A stretch of 63,963 nucleotides of DNA, the filler included, from Vicugna vicugna (taxonomy: Eukaryota), in NCBI GenBank assembly GCA_013265495.1. It is 80 parts of 79 records of this genome, joined end to end, with 100 filler letters (N's around TTAATTAATTAA, not from the genome) between each part and the next. Parts side by side here need not be neighbours in the genome. Positions count along the whole stretch, not along the records: positions 1 to 498 come from PNXW01023792.1; positions 599 to 1,124 come from MU062345.1; positions 1,225 to 1,702 come from PNXW01023795.1; positions 1,803 to 2,612 come from MU062347.1; positions 2,713 to 3,192 come from PNXW01023834.1; positions 3,293 to 3,962 come from MU062357.1; positions 4,063 to 4,879 come from PNXW01023913.1; positions 4,980 to 6,034 come from MU062360.1; 72 more parts are not named here. One strand, 5' to 3'. A model generated the notes under the pieces. That model was not told the DNA's origin, did not search any database, and was given only the letters and a program-made list of their open reading frames with translations. The translations under genes and the position numbers were made by a program. Below, piece after piece: positions 1 through 12,818 of this stretch (the stretch's first letter is position 1; each line of letters starts with the position of its first letter).

Positions 1-239
1 ATGCTTCTCATACTCCTTGAGATCTTAAAATGGCAGGTACTCCTAATCCCTGCATTTGCACAAGATTCGTGTCCCTGATCCACTGCAGTTCTGACTGTGT
101 GGACCCAAGGGCAACGGGGGTGTTGGAAGCATAATTTTCACGTGGCTGATAGGGTTTCAGTTCCTCACTAGGCAGGTTATTTTCTGGCCACTGAAGAATG
201 CACATTAAAGATCCCATTTTTAAACTGTTTTCCTTCCAT

Positions 240-286
240 CTACCTTCTTGGTCATAGTCCAAATCTACCTTCTTGGTCATAGTCCA
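240..286 (+). repeat. 25-bp tandem duplication
   Basis: CTACCTTCTTGGTCATAGTCCA at 240 and 265. Confidence 0.85.
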
Positions 287-498
287 GAAGCATGTACTCA
301 GTGTCCCTGGCTGCTCCTGATGGCTGCCCCAGAGAGAAAGCTACAAAGAATGTGAATTTCAAGACAAAGTGAACCACATCATGTTACTTACAGTAATAGC
401 AGGAAGCCGGCTTGCACCTGCAGGGGAGAGCAGAGGGAGTGTTTACAAGCCTTTCCTGGAGCCAAACTCCTGATCTGGATCCCAGCTTTGATGCTAGC

Positions 499-598
499 NN
501 NNNNNNNNNNNNNNNNNNNNNNNNNNNNNNNNNNNNNNNNNNTTAATTAATTAANNNNNNNNNNNNNNNNNNNNNNNNNNNNNNNNNNNNNNNNNNNN
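499..598. other. Artificial scaffold-joining spacer N44-TTAATTAATTAA-N44 (first of 79 copies; last at 63118-63217)
   Basis: The same palindromic 12-mer, with TAA stops in all six frames, is flanked by 44 N on each side at every junction. The sequence on either side is unrelated. Confidence 0.99.
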
Positions 599-1605
599 TT
601 TCCAAGAAGTAAATCAGGCTCCACATAGGCACCTAACACTTCCCAAGCTGAAAACCCACATAATTCCAAATATGAAACAGATCAGCTGTGACAGTTATGA
701 TTTATCCATAGTCAAAGGATAGAGGATGCTAAATATCACAGGACATACAGAAGTATTTATAATTAGTACTTAGAATCAGTAGAGTGTATTTTCCCAAATA
801 GGTTTTGTAAATAGCCAATATCCCCAAAGATGTTAATAGATGCTCCCTGAAAAATAAAATTAAGTGACCAAATATATTTNNNNNNNNNNNNNNNNNNNNN
901 NNNNTTCCATTTTTGTTAACAGGTATTAATATATTAAAGACTTTGAAGTGCACTGTAGGAAAGTAATCTGCTGACCTTGTTCACCCCAGTGATTCTTCAT
1001 CCTTTACTTGGAACACAAAGTGAGAGTACCTGCTGAGAAATAATGTGTAGAAATAAGAAGAATTGTTTAGCTCCTGCTACAGTATTTATCCAGATCTGCT
1101 ACTGTTCCCATCATCCACTTAATCNNNNNNNNNNNNNNNNNNNNNNNNNNNNNNNNNNNNNNNNNNNNTTAATTAATTAANNNNNNNNNNNNNNNNNNNN
1201 NNNNNNNNNNNNNNNNNNNNNNNNCCAGATCCTCAAAGTCCAACCTCCTTATCACCATCTCAGCTCAGATGTAACCTAGTCAAAGATAGCTTTCTTGACT
1301 CACTTCCCCCCAAGTCTCCCATCTCAACACTGTGTTATTTCCTTCATTTCAATCTGACATTGTTTCCTTATTCGCCCGATTATTTCTGTTTGCTCAGTTG
1401 TCCTTGGTCTCCCTCCCCCCAGCAGCCTTGCCCAAACAGCATAAGCTCCAGGAGAGAAGCCGGCACTGCTGCTCTGAGAAGATACATACTGAGCGTTACA
1501 TTACAGTCACGTGGGGTAGTGAACCAGTGTCGAAAAGCAGATACAGCAAAGCAGTGAAAATTTCTCTCTTATTTTATAATTTAAGTGAAATCTAACATTT
1601 ACTCC

Positions 1606-1702
1606 TGTTTAATGAAGAATTTGGTAGGTCCCAGTTCCTGGACGGCAAACCACCTAGAGCCTTGAAATTTCCCAAAATAGGAGTGTCTTTGCTATTCATG
1701 GT
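1606..1702 (+). mobile_element. MER21-like LTR 5' fragment
   Basis: CCCAGTTCCTGG..CCTTGAAATTTCCC..ATAGGAGTGTCTTTGCTATTCATGGT. Confidence 0.6.
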
Positions 1703-1802
1703 NNNNNNNNNNNNNNNNNNNNNNNNNNNNNNNNNNNNNNNNNNNNTTAATTAATTAANNNNNNNNNNNNNNNNNNNNNNNNNNNNNNNNNNNNNNNNNN
1801 NN

Positions 1803-1824
1803 GTGTGTGTGTGTGTGTGTGTGT
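1803..1824 (+). repeat. (GT)n microsatellite at scaffold start
   Basis: (GT)11. Confidence 0.95.
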
Positions 1825-4062
1825 ATACGCATGTTTGTATTTCTTCTAAGTTGTGCTTCATGTTGGGGTTGAGGATAAAAGAGGGTGCAAGCAAAAAGAA
1901 AATGAAAGAGTAATTAGAAAAGCTGCTGGAAAACGTGGTATAAAATAGTGAAGAACTGTTTTTCCAAAAGAGTCACTCCTGGTAAATGTATGTTGTGAAA
2001 TTTCAAAATGTCAGAGCTTGTGCAAATGAATAAAATTTTTAATTGATATTTCTGATCCAACATCATGTTCAGAGGGAAGTATTTCCATGGAAATTCAGTT
2101 TGTGTTGGGATGGTTATGTATTTTCTTTTACTCTTACATAATTACACAGAAAATAATTGTATTTATATTACTAATAAAAGTAAAACAAAAATTATGATTC
2201 AGGCATTTAATTGAAAAGATTTTTAACATGCAGTAATTGCTAGAGGGTTTTCTCTGAAGGTAAATGTAAAGATTGGGCTTCTAAAATATTTGCTTGGATA
2301 AGAAAAGCTAGTGTTTCCAGTCGAAAGTTGTTAAAATTTTATTCCACAGAATCATGAAAGCTTTCAGTAGGAGGCATGGCAGGAGGTAATTGATCAAACA
2401 AAAGAGAAGAAAAATATAGTAGATCCATGCATTTTTTTCCTTCTAAAAAGTAATTGTATAGTTCCCTGCATTTCTCTAGGCTCACCTGAAGCAGATATCC
2501 ATTTTCAAAATAATCCTCTATCAGATTCTTTGTGATTCTTTTGATTTCAGAATCCAAAGGGGTAACTTGTATTACCTAAGGAATCCTCTTCCTCCCCCCA
2601 AAAAAGATATTTNNNNNNNNNNNNNNNNNNNNNNNNNNNNNNNNNNNNNNNNNNNNTTAATTAATTAANNNNNNNNNNNNNNNNNNNNNNNNNNNNNNNN
2701 NNNNNNNNNNNNTGCAAACTAACAAACAAAAAAATCCCAGCAAACTGTATGTTTTCAGCTCAGATTGGTTTTCTACAGGATGAATTCGTCTTCGTCAACA
2801 TTAGTAATTTGCGTTGAGTTTTGGGATGACATGGCTTTTACGTGCTGAAAGGCATAGATCTGCTTGTGCACATGGCTTGTGTCAGGAAAGGCTGTATCAA
2901 GAAGGAGGACTTAGACACACAGAGCGGGCAAGTCTCAATACAGAGGTCAGGAGGAGACTCCTGTGAGGGACGGGTTAAAAGAGGTCCCTTGTTAGGTTTA
3001 CGCCTGGGGCTAATGGCAGGCGCACCTGGAGCTAGGGGAGGTAATGGGCTTTTGTGTTTGGCCCGGCCTCTGCAGCCTGGCACACGTGACCAACAGGGAC
3101 GCGCTCAGATCTGGAAGTCCCAGGCCTCCGGCCTCTCAGCACGCCGCCCTTTCCCCTGCCCCCTTCCCTTCACCTCTGTTCTTCTGTGGCCTNNNNNNNN
3201 NNNNNNNNNNNNNNNNNNNNNNNNNNNNNNNNNNNNTTAATTAATTAANNNNNNNNNNNNNNNNNNNNNNNNNNNNNNNNNNNNNNNNNNNNAAAAGCCA
3301 CGGAGAAACATTTCTGCCCCAGTTTGGACCTGCTTCTTCAAACTCTAACTACTACAGGTGACTTTCAAGAGCCGCCCAGGAGTGAGGTTCCCGCAGGACC
3401 CCAGCACTGTGTCGGCTTCCTTTCCTTGCTACGGTCTCCCTTCCCGGGGTCTGTCTTCTCGTCACAGCGCTGCTCCCAGCTGACACCACATCACGGACCC
3501 AAGGGTAAAACTCAGTGTCATGCCACTTGGAACATATTCCACTTTAAAGGGCGAGCTTGACTTTGTCACACACATTCCTGGAGAACAACACGCCAACAGG
3601 ACAGGTCACAGGCACTCACCCTCCCCCATAAGCACGCTCCCCGAGTCACAGCAAGTCCCTGGATGGCATGTGTTCAGACGCACAGTAAGTCAGAGCATCA
3701 CAGCCGGAACTGGTGACTTGGAGGAGCCTGCCTACCTAAGGCACAAAAACACGCTTCCAAGCTGCGACCTCGTCCTGCCGGGCCGAGCTTCGGCACAACT
3801 GCCTTCCCGCACACAGCGCAGCCACTCTCCTCACACACGGGGGTGCGGGGTGCACGCAGATGGAGGCCGGAGGCCAGGCGGAGCTGCTCCCCGGCCGCTG
3901 CCCTGCGCCCGAGGGGCCGCACTGCAGACACGGAGGCGCCGCCCATTTCAAAGATGAGAAGTNNNNNNNNNNNNNNNNNNNNNNNNNNNNNNNNNNNNNN
4001 NNNNNNTTAATTAATTAANNNNNNNNNNNNNNNNNNNNNNNNNNNNNNNNNNNNNNNNNNNN

Positions 4063-4775
4063 GAAATAAGTCAGACAGAGAATGACAAATGCTGAATGGT
4101 TTTACACTTATTTAGAATTTAAAACAAATGAACATAACAAAACAGAAATGGAGATATAGATATAGAAAAAACAGGTTGCTCACAAGAAGGAGGGAAATGT
4201 GGTGAAGAAAAAGAAATAGTTGAGGATAATTAAGAGAGAAAATTTTCCAGTTGCAAATTAAACGAGTCAGGGAAGAGAAATATACAGTATGGGGAATAGT
4301 CAATAACTATGAAATATTTTAAATAGCAAAATATAATAAATAGATTTAATATTGTGATCAGTTTTAAATGTATTAAAAATAGCAAACAGTATGTTATGTA
4401 AGAGAAACAAACAGTTTTATACATTAAAGTACACTTCAAAAACAAACAAACATACTTATAGAAAAAAAATTTGATTTGTAGTTAACAGAGTCGGGGTTGG
4501 GAAAGGAGAAATTGATTCAGGCACTCAAATGCTACACACCACCAGCCGAAAAATAAACGTGTTCTAGGGATGAATCATAGTAACATGAAAATTACAATTA
4601 ATACTGCTTTATGTTCTATATGAAAGTTGTTAAGAGATTAGACCATATGTTTTCTCATCACAACAAAAATACAAAATGTATTTCTTTGAATTTGTATCTA
4701 AATGAGATAATGAATTCTCCCTAAAGAAGCTATGATATTTATTTCATGATACTTATAAATCAAATCACTATCCTG
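4063..4775 (+). mobile_element. Composite of two decayed LINE-1 3' ends
   Basis: GAAATAAGTCAGACAGAGAATGACAAAT (L1 ORF2 end/3'UTR), then a second old L1M-type 3'UTR (TGAAAGTTGTTAAGAGA..TTCTCATCA). Confidence 0.8.
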
Positions 4776-4979
4776 ATGAACCCCAGTAATGTAAGCAACA
4801 ACATAGCCATCATCAGAGTTAAACTGACAAAATTAAAGCTTGATGATTCTGTTGTAGGAACAACCACTGCTGTCCAGACNNNNNNNNNNNNNNNNNNNNN
4901 NNNNNNNNNNNNNNNNNNNNNNNTTAATTAATTAANNNNNNNNNNNNNNNNNNNNNNNNNNNNNNNNNNNNNNNNNNNN

Positions 4980-6034
4980 TTCAGAACACAGAATATAATA
5001 TATAGAATACAGAAATAGAATGTGTATTAGAGAATGTAGAACAAAGAATATAGAATATAGAATAAAGTATATAGAATGTAGAATAGAGAATGTAGAACTC
5101 AGAATATGAATATAGAATACAGAATACTGAACACAGAATTTAGATCATGAAATTCAGACCACAGAATTTATAATATAGGATAAAGAATACATAATATAGA
5201 ATGTATCATACGGAATGCAGAACTCCGAANNNNNNNNNNNNNNNNNNNNNNNNNNNNNNNNNNNNNNNNNNNNNNNNNNNNNNNNNNNNNNNNNNNNNNN
5301 NNNNNNNNNNNNNNNNNNNNNNNNNNNNNNNNNNNNNNNNNNNNNNNNNNNNNNNNNNNNNNNNNNNNNNNNNNNNNNNNNNNNNNNNNNNNNNNNNNNN
5401 NNNNNNNNNNNNNNNNNNNNNNNNNNNNNNNNNNNNNNNNNNNNNNNNNNNNNNNNNNNNNNNNNNNNNNNNNNNNNNNNNNNNNNNNNNNNNNNNNNNN
5501 NNNNNNNNNNNNNNNNNNNNNNNNNNNNNNNNNNNNNNNNNNNNNNNNNNNNNNNNNNNNNNNNNNNNNNNNNNNNNNNNNNNNNNNNNNNNNNNNNNNN
5601 NNNNNNNNNNNNNNNNNNNNNNNNNNNNNNNNNNNNNNNNNNNNNNNNNNNNNNNNNNNNNNNNNNNNNNNNNNNNNNNNNNNNNNNNNNNNNNNNNNNN
5701 NNNNNNNNNNNNNNNNNNNNNNNNNNNNNNNNNNNNNNNNNNNNNNNNNNNNNNNNNNNNNNNNNNNNNNNNNNNNNNNNNNNNNNNNNNNNNNNNNNNN
5801 NNNNNNNNNNNNNNNNNNNNNNNNNNNNNNNNNNNNNNNNNNNNNNNNNNNNNNNNNNNNNNNNNNNNNNNNNNNNNNNNNNNNNNNNNNNNNNNNNNNN
5901 NNNNNNNNNNNNNNNNNNNACAGAATATATAGAATATTGATTATAGAATACAGAATACATAACCCAGAATTTATAACACGGAATGAAGTACACAGAATAA
6001 AGAATGTAGAATACAGAGATAGAATGTGGAATAT
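4980..6034 (+). repeat. Satellite S1 (degenerate 7-bp AGAATAT unit), gapped
   Basis: Tandem AGAATAT/AGAACAC/GGAATGC variants with 7-bp period. Confidence 0.95.
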
Positions 6035-6134
6035 NNNNNNNNNNNNNNNNNNNNNNNNNNNNNNNNNNNNNNNNNNNNTTAATTAATTAANNNNNNNNNN
6101 NNNNNNNNNNNNNNNNNNNNNNNNNNNNNNNNNN

Positions 6135-6744
6135 TTTGTTTGTTTGCTTATAATAGCCATCCTTATGAGTATGAAGTGATAGCACATTGGTTTCCTTTTT
6201 TTCCACATTGTGATGTGATTTGCATTTCCTTATTGATTAAGGATGTTGAGCACCTTTTCATATACCCATTGGCCAGTTGTTTGTCTTTTTTGGAGAAATG
6301 TCTATTCAGTTCCTTTTCTCATTTTTTGAAATCAGATTGGTGCTTTGCTATTGAGTTTTAGGAGTTTTATATGTATTTTGGTTATTAACACACTATCAGG
6401 TATATGGTTTGCAAATATGCTTCTTTCCATTCCAGACGTGGTTGTCCTTTCACTTTGATGATCATTTGCTTTGCTGTGCAAAGGCCTTTTAGTTCGATGG
6501 AATCAAATTTATCTATTTTTGCTTTTTTGCCTGTGCTTTCGGTGTCATAGTAGGGAATGCATGACAAGTTTTTTTTGTTTTTTTTTGGTCAAGGAATTTT
6601 AGCCTATGTTTTCTTCTATGGGTTCTTTGGTTTCTGGTCTTACATTTAAGTTTTTAATCTATTTTGAGTTCAATTTTTGTATATAGTTTAAGATAAGAGT
6701 CTACACTCATTCTTTTGTATGTGGATATCTGGTTTTCCCCAAAC
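6135..6744 (-). mobile_element. LINE-1 ORF2 3' region fragment
   Basis: GATGTTGAGCACCTTTTCAT, TTGGAGAAATGTCTATTCAG and CTTTGCTGTGCAAA are typical antisense L1. Confidence 0.93.
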
Positions 6745-8419
6745 NNNNNNNNNNNNNNNNNNNNNNNNNNNNNNNNNNNNNNNNNNNNTTAATTAATTAA
6801 NNNNNNNNNNNNNNNNNNNNNNNNNNNNNNNNNNNNNNNNNNNNATCAAATCAAATGCATGCACATACTTTCAGCCCAGTCTTAAAAATACCAATCACAA
6901 GAAAATAATGCACAATGATAAAGTTATAAGCAGATATCACTGCAGTACATCTTGAAAAACAGAGTGATTTCCATTGCCTGAGAAAATGATTTAAAATACT
7001 CTGCTAAAAGGATCTTTTAAAATTAGTCTTTAAAATTCCTCCCCAAACAAATAAGATATGATTATAAACACAACTTAAACACAGTGAGGCTATCCACAAC
7101 TCCAACAAGTAGAAAGGAGGAAATGGAAGCAGGGGGGTGTACATTTTGCTTTTTCCATCCTGTTGAAAATATGACAAGTGACAGCTTTTCCTACTGTGCT
7201 CAGAGAAAAGCTTTAAGACTCCAGAAAGAAATATTCTTTACATTAAGAAATTCAAACATAAAATATCTAAAATGCACNNNNNNNNNNNNNNNNNNNNNNN
7301 NNNNNNNNNNNNNNNNNNNNNTTAATTAATTAANNNNNNNNNNNNNNNNNNNNNNNNNNNNNNNNNNNNNNNNNNNNCTCGCTGGATATAAATTCTAATT
7401 AAACCTTCAGGTGCAGTTCCTGTAGCAGAACTCATGCCAATAGATGAGGCTCCCTCTGTGCTGTCCAGTCATGTGAGCCAGGCTCATTAATATACCTGTG
7501 TGTTTGGTTTAGCAAGTGAATAATGTCTGTTTTCTGGAAATTGCATGAGGGTGGAAAACCTTCCAAACATGTTCATTTATTTGCTGTGGAATTTGTTTAA
7601 TCCTCTTAAGAGCATTTAGAATGAAAAACTTCTTAAATTAGCATGTTTGCCTGAGAGACCTTTCCAGGCACATGGGCCGAAATCTAGGTCAACGGAGAAG
7701 CAAATTCAAAACCGTTTCAGCTGCACAGCACCGCAGAACGTGTCCAGTTTGAGAATCAAGAATTTTTTCTCCACACAATTTTCCTCCTCTGCCCAAATTA
7801 ATCAGCCTCTGCTGCTCTTGTATAATGAGTATCGTATGACTCATCTTCTCTGTCTGTAAAATGAAAATGGGAAATAATTCTGCCCAATAAAATGTCATAG
7901 AACTAACCCCCAAAATTATATATATTAAAAAAAANNNNNNNNNNNNNNNNNNNNNNNNNNNNNNNNNNNNNNNNNNNNNNNNNNNNNNNNNNNNNNNNNN
8001 NNNNNNNNNNNNNCCCTCCTCAGTTCAATTACTATTCAATAAAAATATCACAGGAAATTTCTGAAAAGAATTTAAAGGAAAATCATATTTAAGTGAATCA
8101 TATTCTAGGCACACTGTATAAATTCTCTTTAGATTAGATANNNNNNNNNNNNNNNNNNNNNNNNNNNNNNNNNNNNNNNNNNNNTTAATTAATTAANNNN
8201 NNNNNNNNNNNNNNNNNNNNNNNNNNNNNNNNNNNNNNNNGAAATAAACTTGAATGTGATCAAGGAGACTGACATAGAGCACCGGCCGGCTCACGAGACG
8301 ACTCCGTCGCCCCCTCGTCTGACCTAAGTCATCTAACAAAGTTATCCTTTGATCTCTAACTAAAACTAGAGTACAGGTAGGGTTGGAAAATAACATTTTT
8401 TCCTACAATATATACATAT

Positions 8420-8855
8420 TGTCAACTAAAAATTGGCACTTGTCATCTGCCTCTGATTTGGTTAAGTCATGAGCCACTGCACTGCTGACCTCCAACACCC
8501 TCTGAACATCAAGAATGGGACGCTCTGTGCTCTGGGAAAATGGGCAGAAAAGTCTTCAGATAGTTAGACATTTTCAGGAAATTTTATGAGCTCAAATTCT
8601 TGCATCTCCTCCTATCTAGAAAAGCATGAAAATCATTAACACAGACACCTGCTCCTTGACTAGCAGCAGTCTCTGCCTAAACGTGTACTGGACCGCACGA
8701 CCCTCTTCACTGAAATCTTATATAATTCTGAGCTCCCCCTCATCTTCAGAGCAGTTCCTCTGAGCTCTCTGAGATGCTGTCACCTGGACTCTGGTCCTCA
8801 TTTTGCCCCAGATAAACTTTAACCAACAACCCTCAAATTTTGTGGTTTATCGACA
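8420..8855 (+). mobile_element. Probable solo ERV1-class LTR
   Basis: Inverted termini TGTCAA...TCGACA, TATATAA box near 8719, GATAAA poly(A)-like signal near 8811; no clean TSD. Confidence 0.65.
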
Positions 8856-9533
8856 GTACCACAGAAATCAAGCTTACATACTTGAACTCATAGTAAACAT
8901 CCAGTATCAAACATTTCTTGAGTTAAATTCCTATTTAAATGTAAATAAATATTCCATTTCTTAAATATAACATTTTAAATATAAATTAACAGATATTTGT
9001 GAAACTTCGAAAAATATNNNNNNNNNNNNNNNNNNNNNNNNNNNNNNNNNNNNNNNNNNNNTTAATTAATTAANNNNNNNNNNNNNNNNNNNNNNNNNNN
9101 NNNNNNNNNNNNNNNNNGTTGGAGGTACATATTTCTTGTTAAAAATCTTCTTTTGTCTCTCTATATATTCTTTTTTCTCACATTTTAAGATTATAGTTTT
9201 CATATTATCTTTAAAAATATGAGCAGATTATTCAGAATGATTTTGTAATCAACTAAGTTAATTATTCATACTTGACCCTAACTAGAAGCAAATCTATAAA
9301 CTAAAAATGCTGTTAAATAATTGATTTCCTTTCTTGTTTTAAGAAATTTTGCTGGAAATTTCAATTTAATCTCCTCTAAGATAGTATGCAGTTATTTTAC
9401 TGGTTTCTTCTCTCCCCATCATAAATTTTGAAAACAATTTTCTAAATGTGTTATTGATGAACTTTACCTACCTATCTATCCCTTCCCTTCCTCAGGATTT
9501 AACTCATTTCTCATCTCCACACTTCTGCTAATT

Positions 9534-9601
9534 TGTTGTGGACTGAATTGTATCTCTCTAAAATTCATATGATGTCATATGATGTCCTAACCCCCAATGT
9601 A
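9534..9601 (+). mobile_element. MaLR (MLT1/MST-type) LTR 5' end
   Basis: TGTTGTGGACTGAATTGT..AAAATTCATATG..GTCCTAACCCCCA. Confidence 0.8.
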
Positions 9602-9701
9602 NNNNNNNNNNNNNNNNNNNNNNNNNNNNNNNNNNNNNNNNNNNNTTAATTAATTAANNNNNNNNNNNNNNNNNNNNNNNNNNNNNNNNNNNNNNNNNNN
9701 N

Positions 9702-10432
9702 TATAGAATACAGAACACTGAATATAGAAATTAGAATATACAATGCTGAACAAAGAATATAGGATATAGAATACGGAATGCAGAATATAGAATATAGAAT
9801 ATAGAATGATGAACCCAAAGTATAGAATATAGAATAGAAAATATAGAACCCAGAATTAAGAACATGGAATGTAGAACACAGAATTTAGAATATAGAATAC
9901 AGAATACTGAATATCAAATTTAGAATATAGAATGTAGAACACAGAATATGGAATGTTAGATACGGAATGCAGACTATTGAATACAGAACATAGAATATAG
10001 AACACAGAATACACAATATTGACTTCGGAATTCAGAATGTAGAATATAGAATATATAAAGGTGAACACAGTATATAGAATATAGAATAGAAAATATAGAA
10101 CACAGAATTTAGAACATGGAAAGCAGAATTCAGTATTTAGTACATAGAAAACAGTATCCCTAATATGGATTATAGTACATGGAATGCAGAACACAGAATA
10201 TACAATATAGAATACGGAATACTGAATATAGAATATTTAGAACACATAGAATATAGAGTATAGAATATAGAACCCAGAATTTAGAACATGGAATGCAGAA
10301 CACAGAATTTAGAATTTAGAATAAAGAATACTGAATATAGAATTTAGACTATAGAATGTAGGACACAGAATATAGAATGTAGAATATGGAATGCATAATA
10401 TAGAATACAGAATATAGAATGTAGAACACAGA
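9702..10432 (+). repeat. Satellite S1 (7-bp unit)
   Basis: Continuous 7-mer array with recurring block TTTAGAACATGGAATGCAGAACACAGAATTTAGAAT. Confidence 0.97.
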
Positions 10433-10532
10433 NNNNNNNNNNNNNNNNNNNNNNNNNNNNNNNNNNNNNNNNNNNNTTAATTAATTAANNNNNNNNNNNN
10501 NNNNNNNNNNNNNNNNNNNNNNNNNNNNNNNN

Positions 10533-11166
10533 CAATAATCAAAATGACATGATATTGGTACAGAAACAGACATATGGTCAATGCAACAGAAATGAGAGAC
10601 TAGGAATAAATCTACAGGCCTATGTTCAATTAATCTTTGACAGAGTAGCCAAGAATATGACTGAGAAAAGACCATCTCTTCACCAACTTGTGTTGGGAAA
10701 ACCGGATAGCAGCAAGCAGGGCAATGGAGTTAGAACACTCCTTCGCTCCATACACAAGAATAAACTCAAAATGGCTTGAAGACTTAAATGTAAGGCAAGA
10801 CAGAGTAAATCTCCAAGAAGAAAACATAGGCAAAACACTCTGAGATAAATCTCAGCAATGATCTCCTAGAACAGTCTACCCAGGTAATGGATGTAAGAGC
10901 AAAATTATTAAAATTGGACCTAATTAAACTTATAAGCTTTTGCACAGCAAAGAGAACCATAAACAAAGCAAAATGACTAACTACAGGATTAAGGAAAATA
11001 TTTAGAAATGATGCAACTGACAAAGGCTAAATTTCCAAAATATAAAAAAAATAATAAAAAAAAAAGAAAACCAATCTGAAAGTGTGCAGAAGCCCTAAAC
11101 AATCCATTATCCATTAGAGATATACAAATGCCACATAGAAATATGAAAAAAAAATTGCTCACTCTC
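10533..11166 (+). mobile_element. LINE-1 ORF2 C-terminal fragment, decayed
   Basis: TGGTACAGAAACAGACATAT, TTAATCTTTGAC (LIFD), AAGCTTTTGCACAGCAAA; stops present. Confidence 0.95.
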
Positions 11167-11266
11167 NNNNNNNNNNNNNNNNNNNNNNNNNNNNNNNNNN
11201 NNNNNNNNNNTTAATTAATTAANNNNNNNNNNNNNNNNNNNNNNNNNNNNNNNNNNNNNNNNNNNN

Positions 11267-12004
11267 CATGGTTATGTAAACAATGTAAATTACATGTGCA
11301 TTGGTGAGAATCGCTCAAAGAGGCGTTTCTAGTGCCAAATGTCTGATTTTAGTACCTGGTGACAGAAAAAACCTATGAAGTCAGTGTAAATATTTCTAAG
11401 TGTATATATGCCTTCTTTGGTGGATGAAAGGTCAGTAATCCACATGCTGAGATCTCAGAAACACATGTTTGCCGAATCCGTCATGCATGTAGCNNNNNNN
11501 NNNNNNTGTACGGAACCCGGAATGCCATGTTGATGGAATTCATGTTAATTACATATCTGTTTGGTGGAAATCGCTCCAGAAGTATTTTTCTGAGAAAAAT
11601 GCACGAGTTCGAAACTGGCGTTAGGAAAAGATTGTGAAAATGGGTACACGTGTCTTAATGAAAATATTGTTTATATAGAGGATGAAAGATCACTAATACA
11701 CATGTCCTCAACTCAGGAATGCATGTTTGTCAAATCCGTCTTGCATGTAGCATGTACGGAACACGGAAAAGAATATTGAAGGAATCTATTCAAATTACAT
11801 ATCTCCAGGGTAGAAATCGCTCCAAGAGGGTTTTTCTGGGGTCAAAGTGTGATTCTTGAAACTGATGAAAGGAAGAAGCAACGAACTCTAAGTAAATATT
11901 TCAAAGTGCATGCGTAAATTTTTTGGTGGTTGAAACATCTGTCATGTGCATGTCCGCAGCTCAGAAATACAATTTGAGAAATTTGTGATGCATGAATCTT
12001 GTTC
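11267..12004 (+). repeat. Satellite S3a: ~247-bp monomers in a ~742-bp A-B-C higher-order repeat
   Basis: AATTACAT...TCGCTC anchor recurs about every 247 bp in three distinguishable monomer types. Confidence 0.95.
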
Positions 12005-12104
12005 NNNNNNNNNNNNNNNNNNNNNNNNNNNNNNNNNNNNNNNNNNNNTTAATTAATTAANNNNNNNNNNNNNNNNNNNNNNNNNNNNNNNNNNNNNNNN
12101 NNNN

Positions 12105-12718
12105 TCATGCATGTAGCATGTACGGAACCCGGAATGCCATGTTGTTGGAATTCATGTAAATTACACATCTGTTAGGTGGAAATCGCTCAAGAACAATTTT
12201 TCTGTGACAAATGCATGAATTCGAACTTGGTGTTAGGGAAAGCTTGTGAAAATGTGTACACGTGTCTAGATGAAAATATTCCTTTTATAGAGGATGAAAG
12301 ATTACTTATCCATATGCTCTCAACACAGGAATGCATGTTTGTCAAATCAGTCATGTATGTAGCATGTAATGATCACGGAATATCATGTAGATGGAATCTA
12401 TTCAAATTACATATCTCTAGGGTAGAATTCGATCCAAGAGGGTTTTTGTGAAATCAAAGTGTGATTCTTGAAACTGGTGATAGGAATAAACTATGAAGTC
12501 AAAGTAATTATTTCAGAGTGCTTAGGTATCATGTTTGGTGGTTGAAACATCAGTCATGCGCATGTTCACAACTCAGAAATTCATGTTTGAGGAATCCGTG
12601 ACGCATAAAACATGTTCGAAATACGGAATGCAATGGTTATGTAAACAATGTAAATTAAATGTATATTGGTGACAATTCACTCAAAGAGTGTTTTCTGGTG
12701 CCAAATGTCCGATTTTAG
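12105..12718 (+). repeat. Satellite S3a
   Basis: Anchors at 12159 (B), 12405 (C) and 12653 (A). Confidence 0.95.
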
Positions 12719-12818
12719 NNNNNNNNNNNNNNNNNNNNNNNNNNNNNNNNNNNNNNNNNNNNTTAATTAATTAANNNNNNNNNNNNNNNNNNNNNNNNNN
12801 NNNNNNNNNNNNNNNNNN

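Noticed and set aside
8..280. 90-aa minus-strand ORF
   Set aside because: No recognisable homolog, and its start lies within a 25-bp tandem duplication
3520..3957. Overlapping ORFs in GC-rich scaffolds (also 26032-26439, 60943-61375)
   Set aside because: Low-complexity R/P/G/A peptides expected from GC content; no recognisable domain
12176..12451. Recurring peptide family LGKACENVYTCLDENIPFIEDER
   Set aside because: Translation of the S3a B monomer; stops occur within the trimer and 742 is not a multiple of 3
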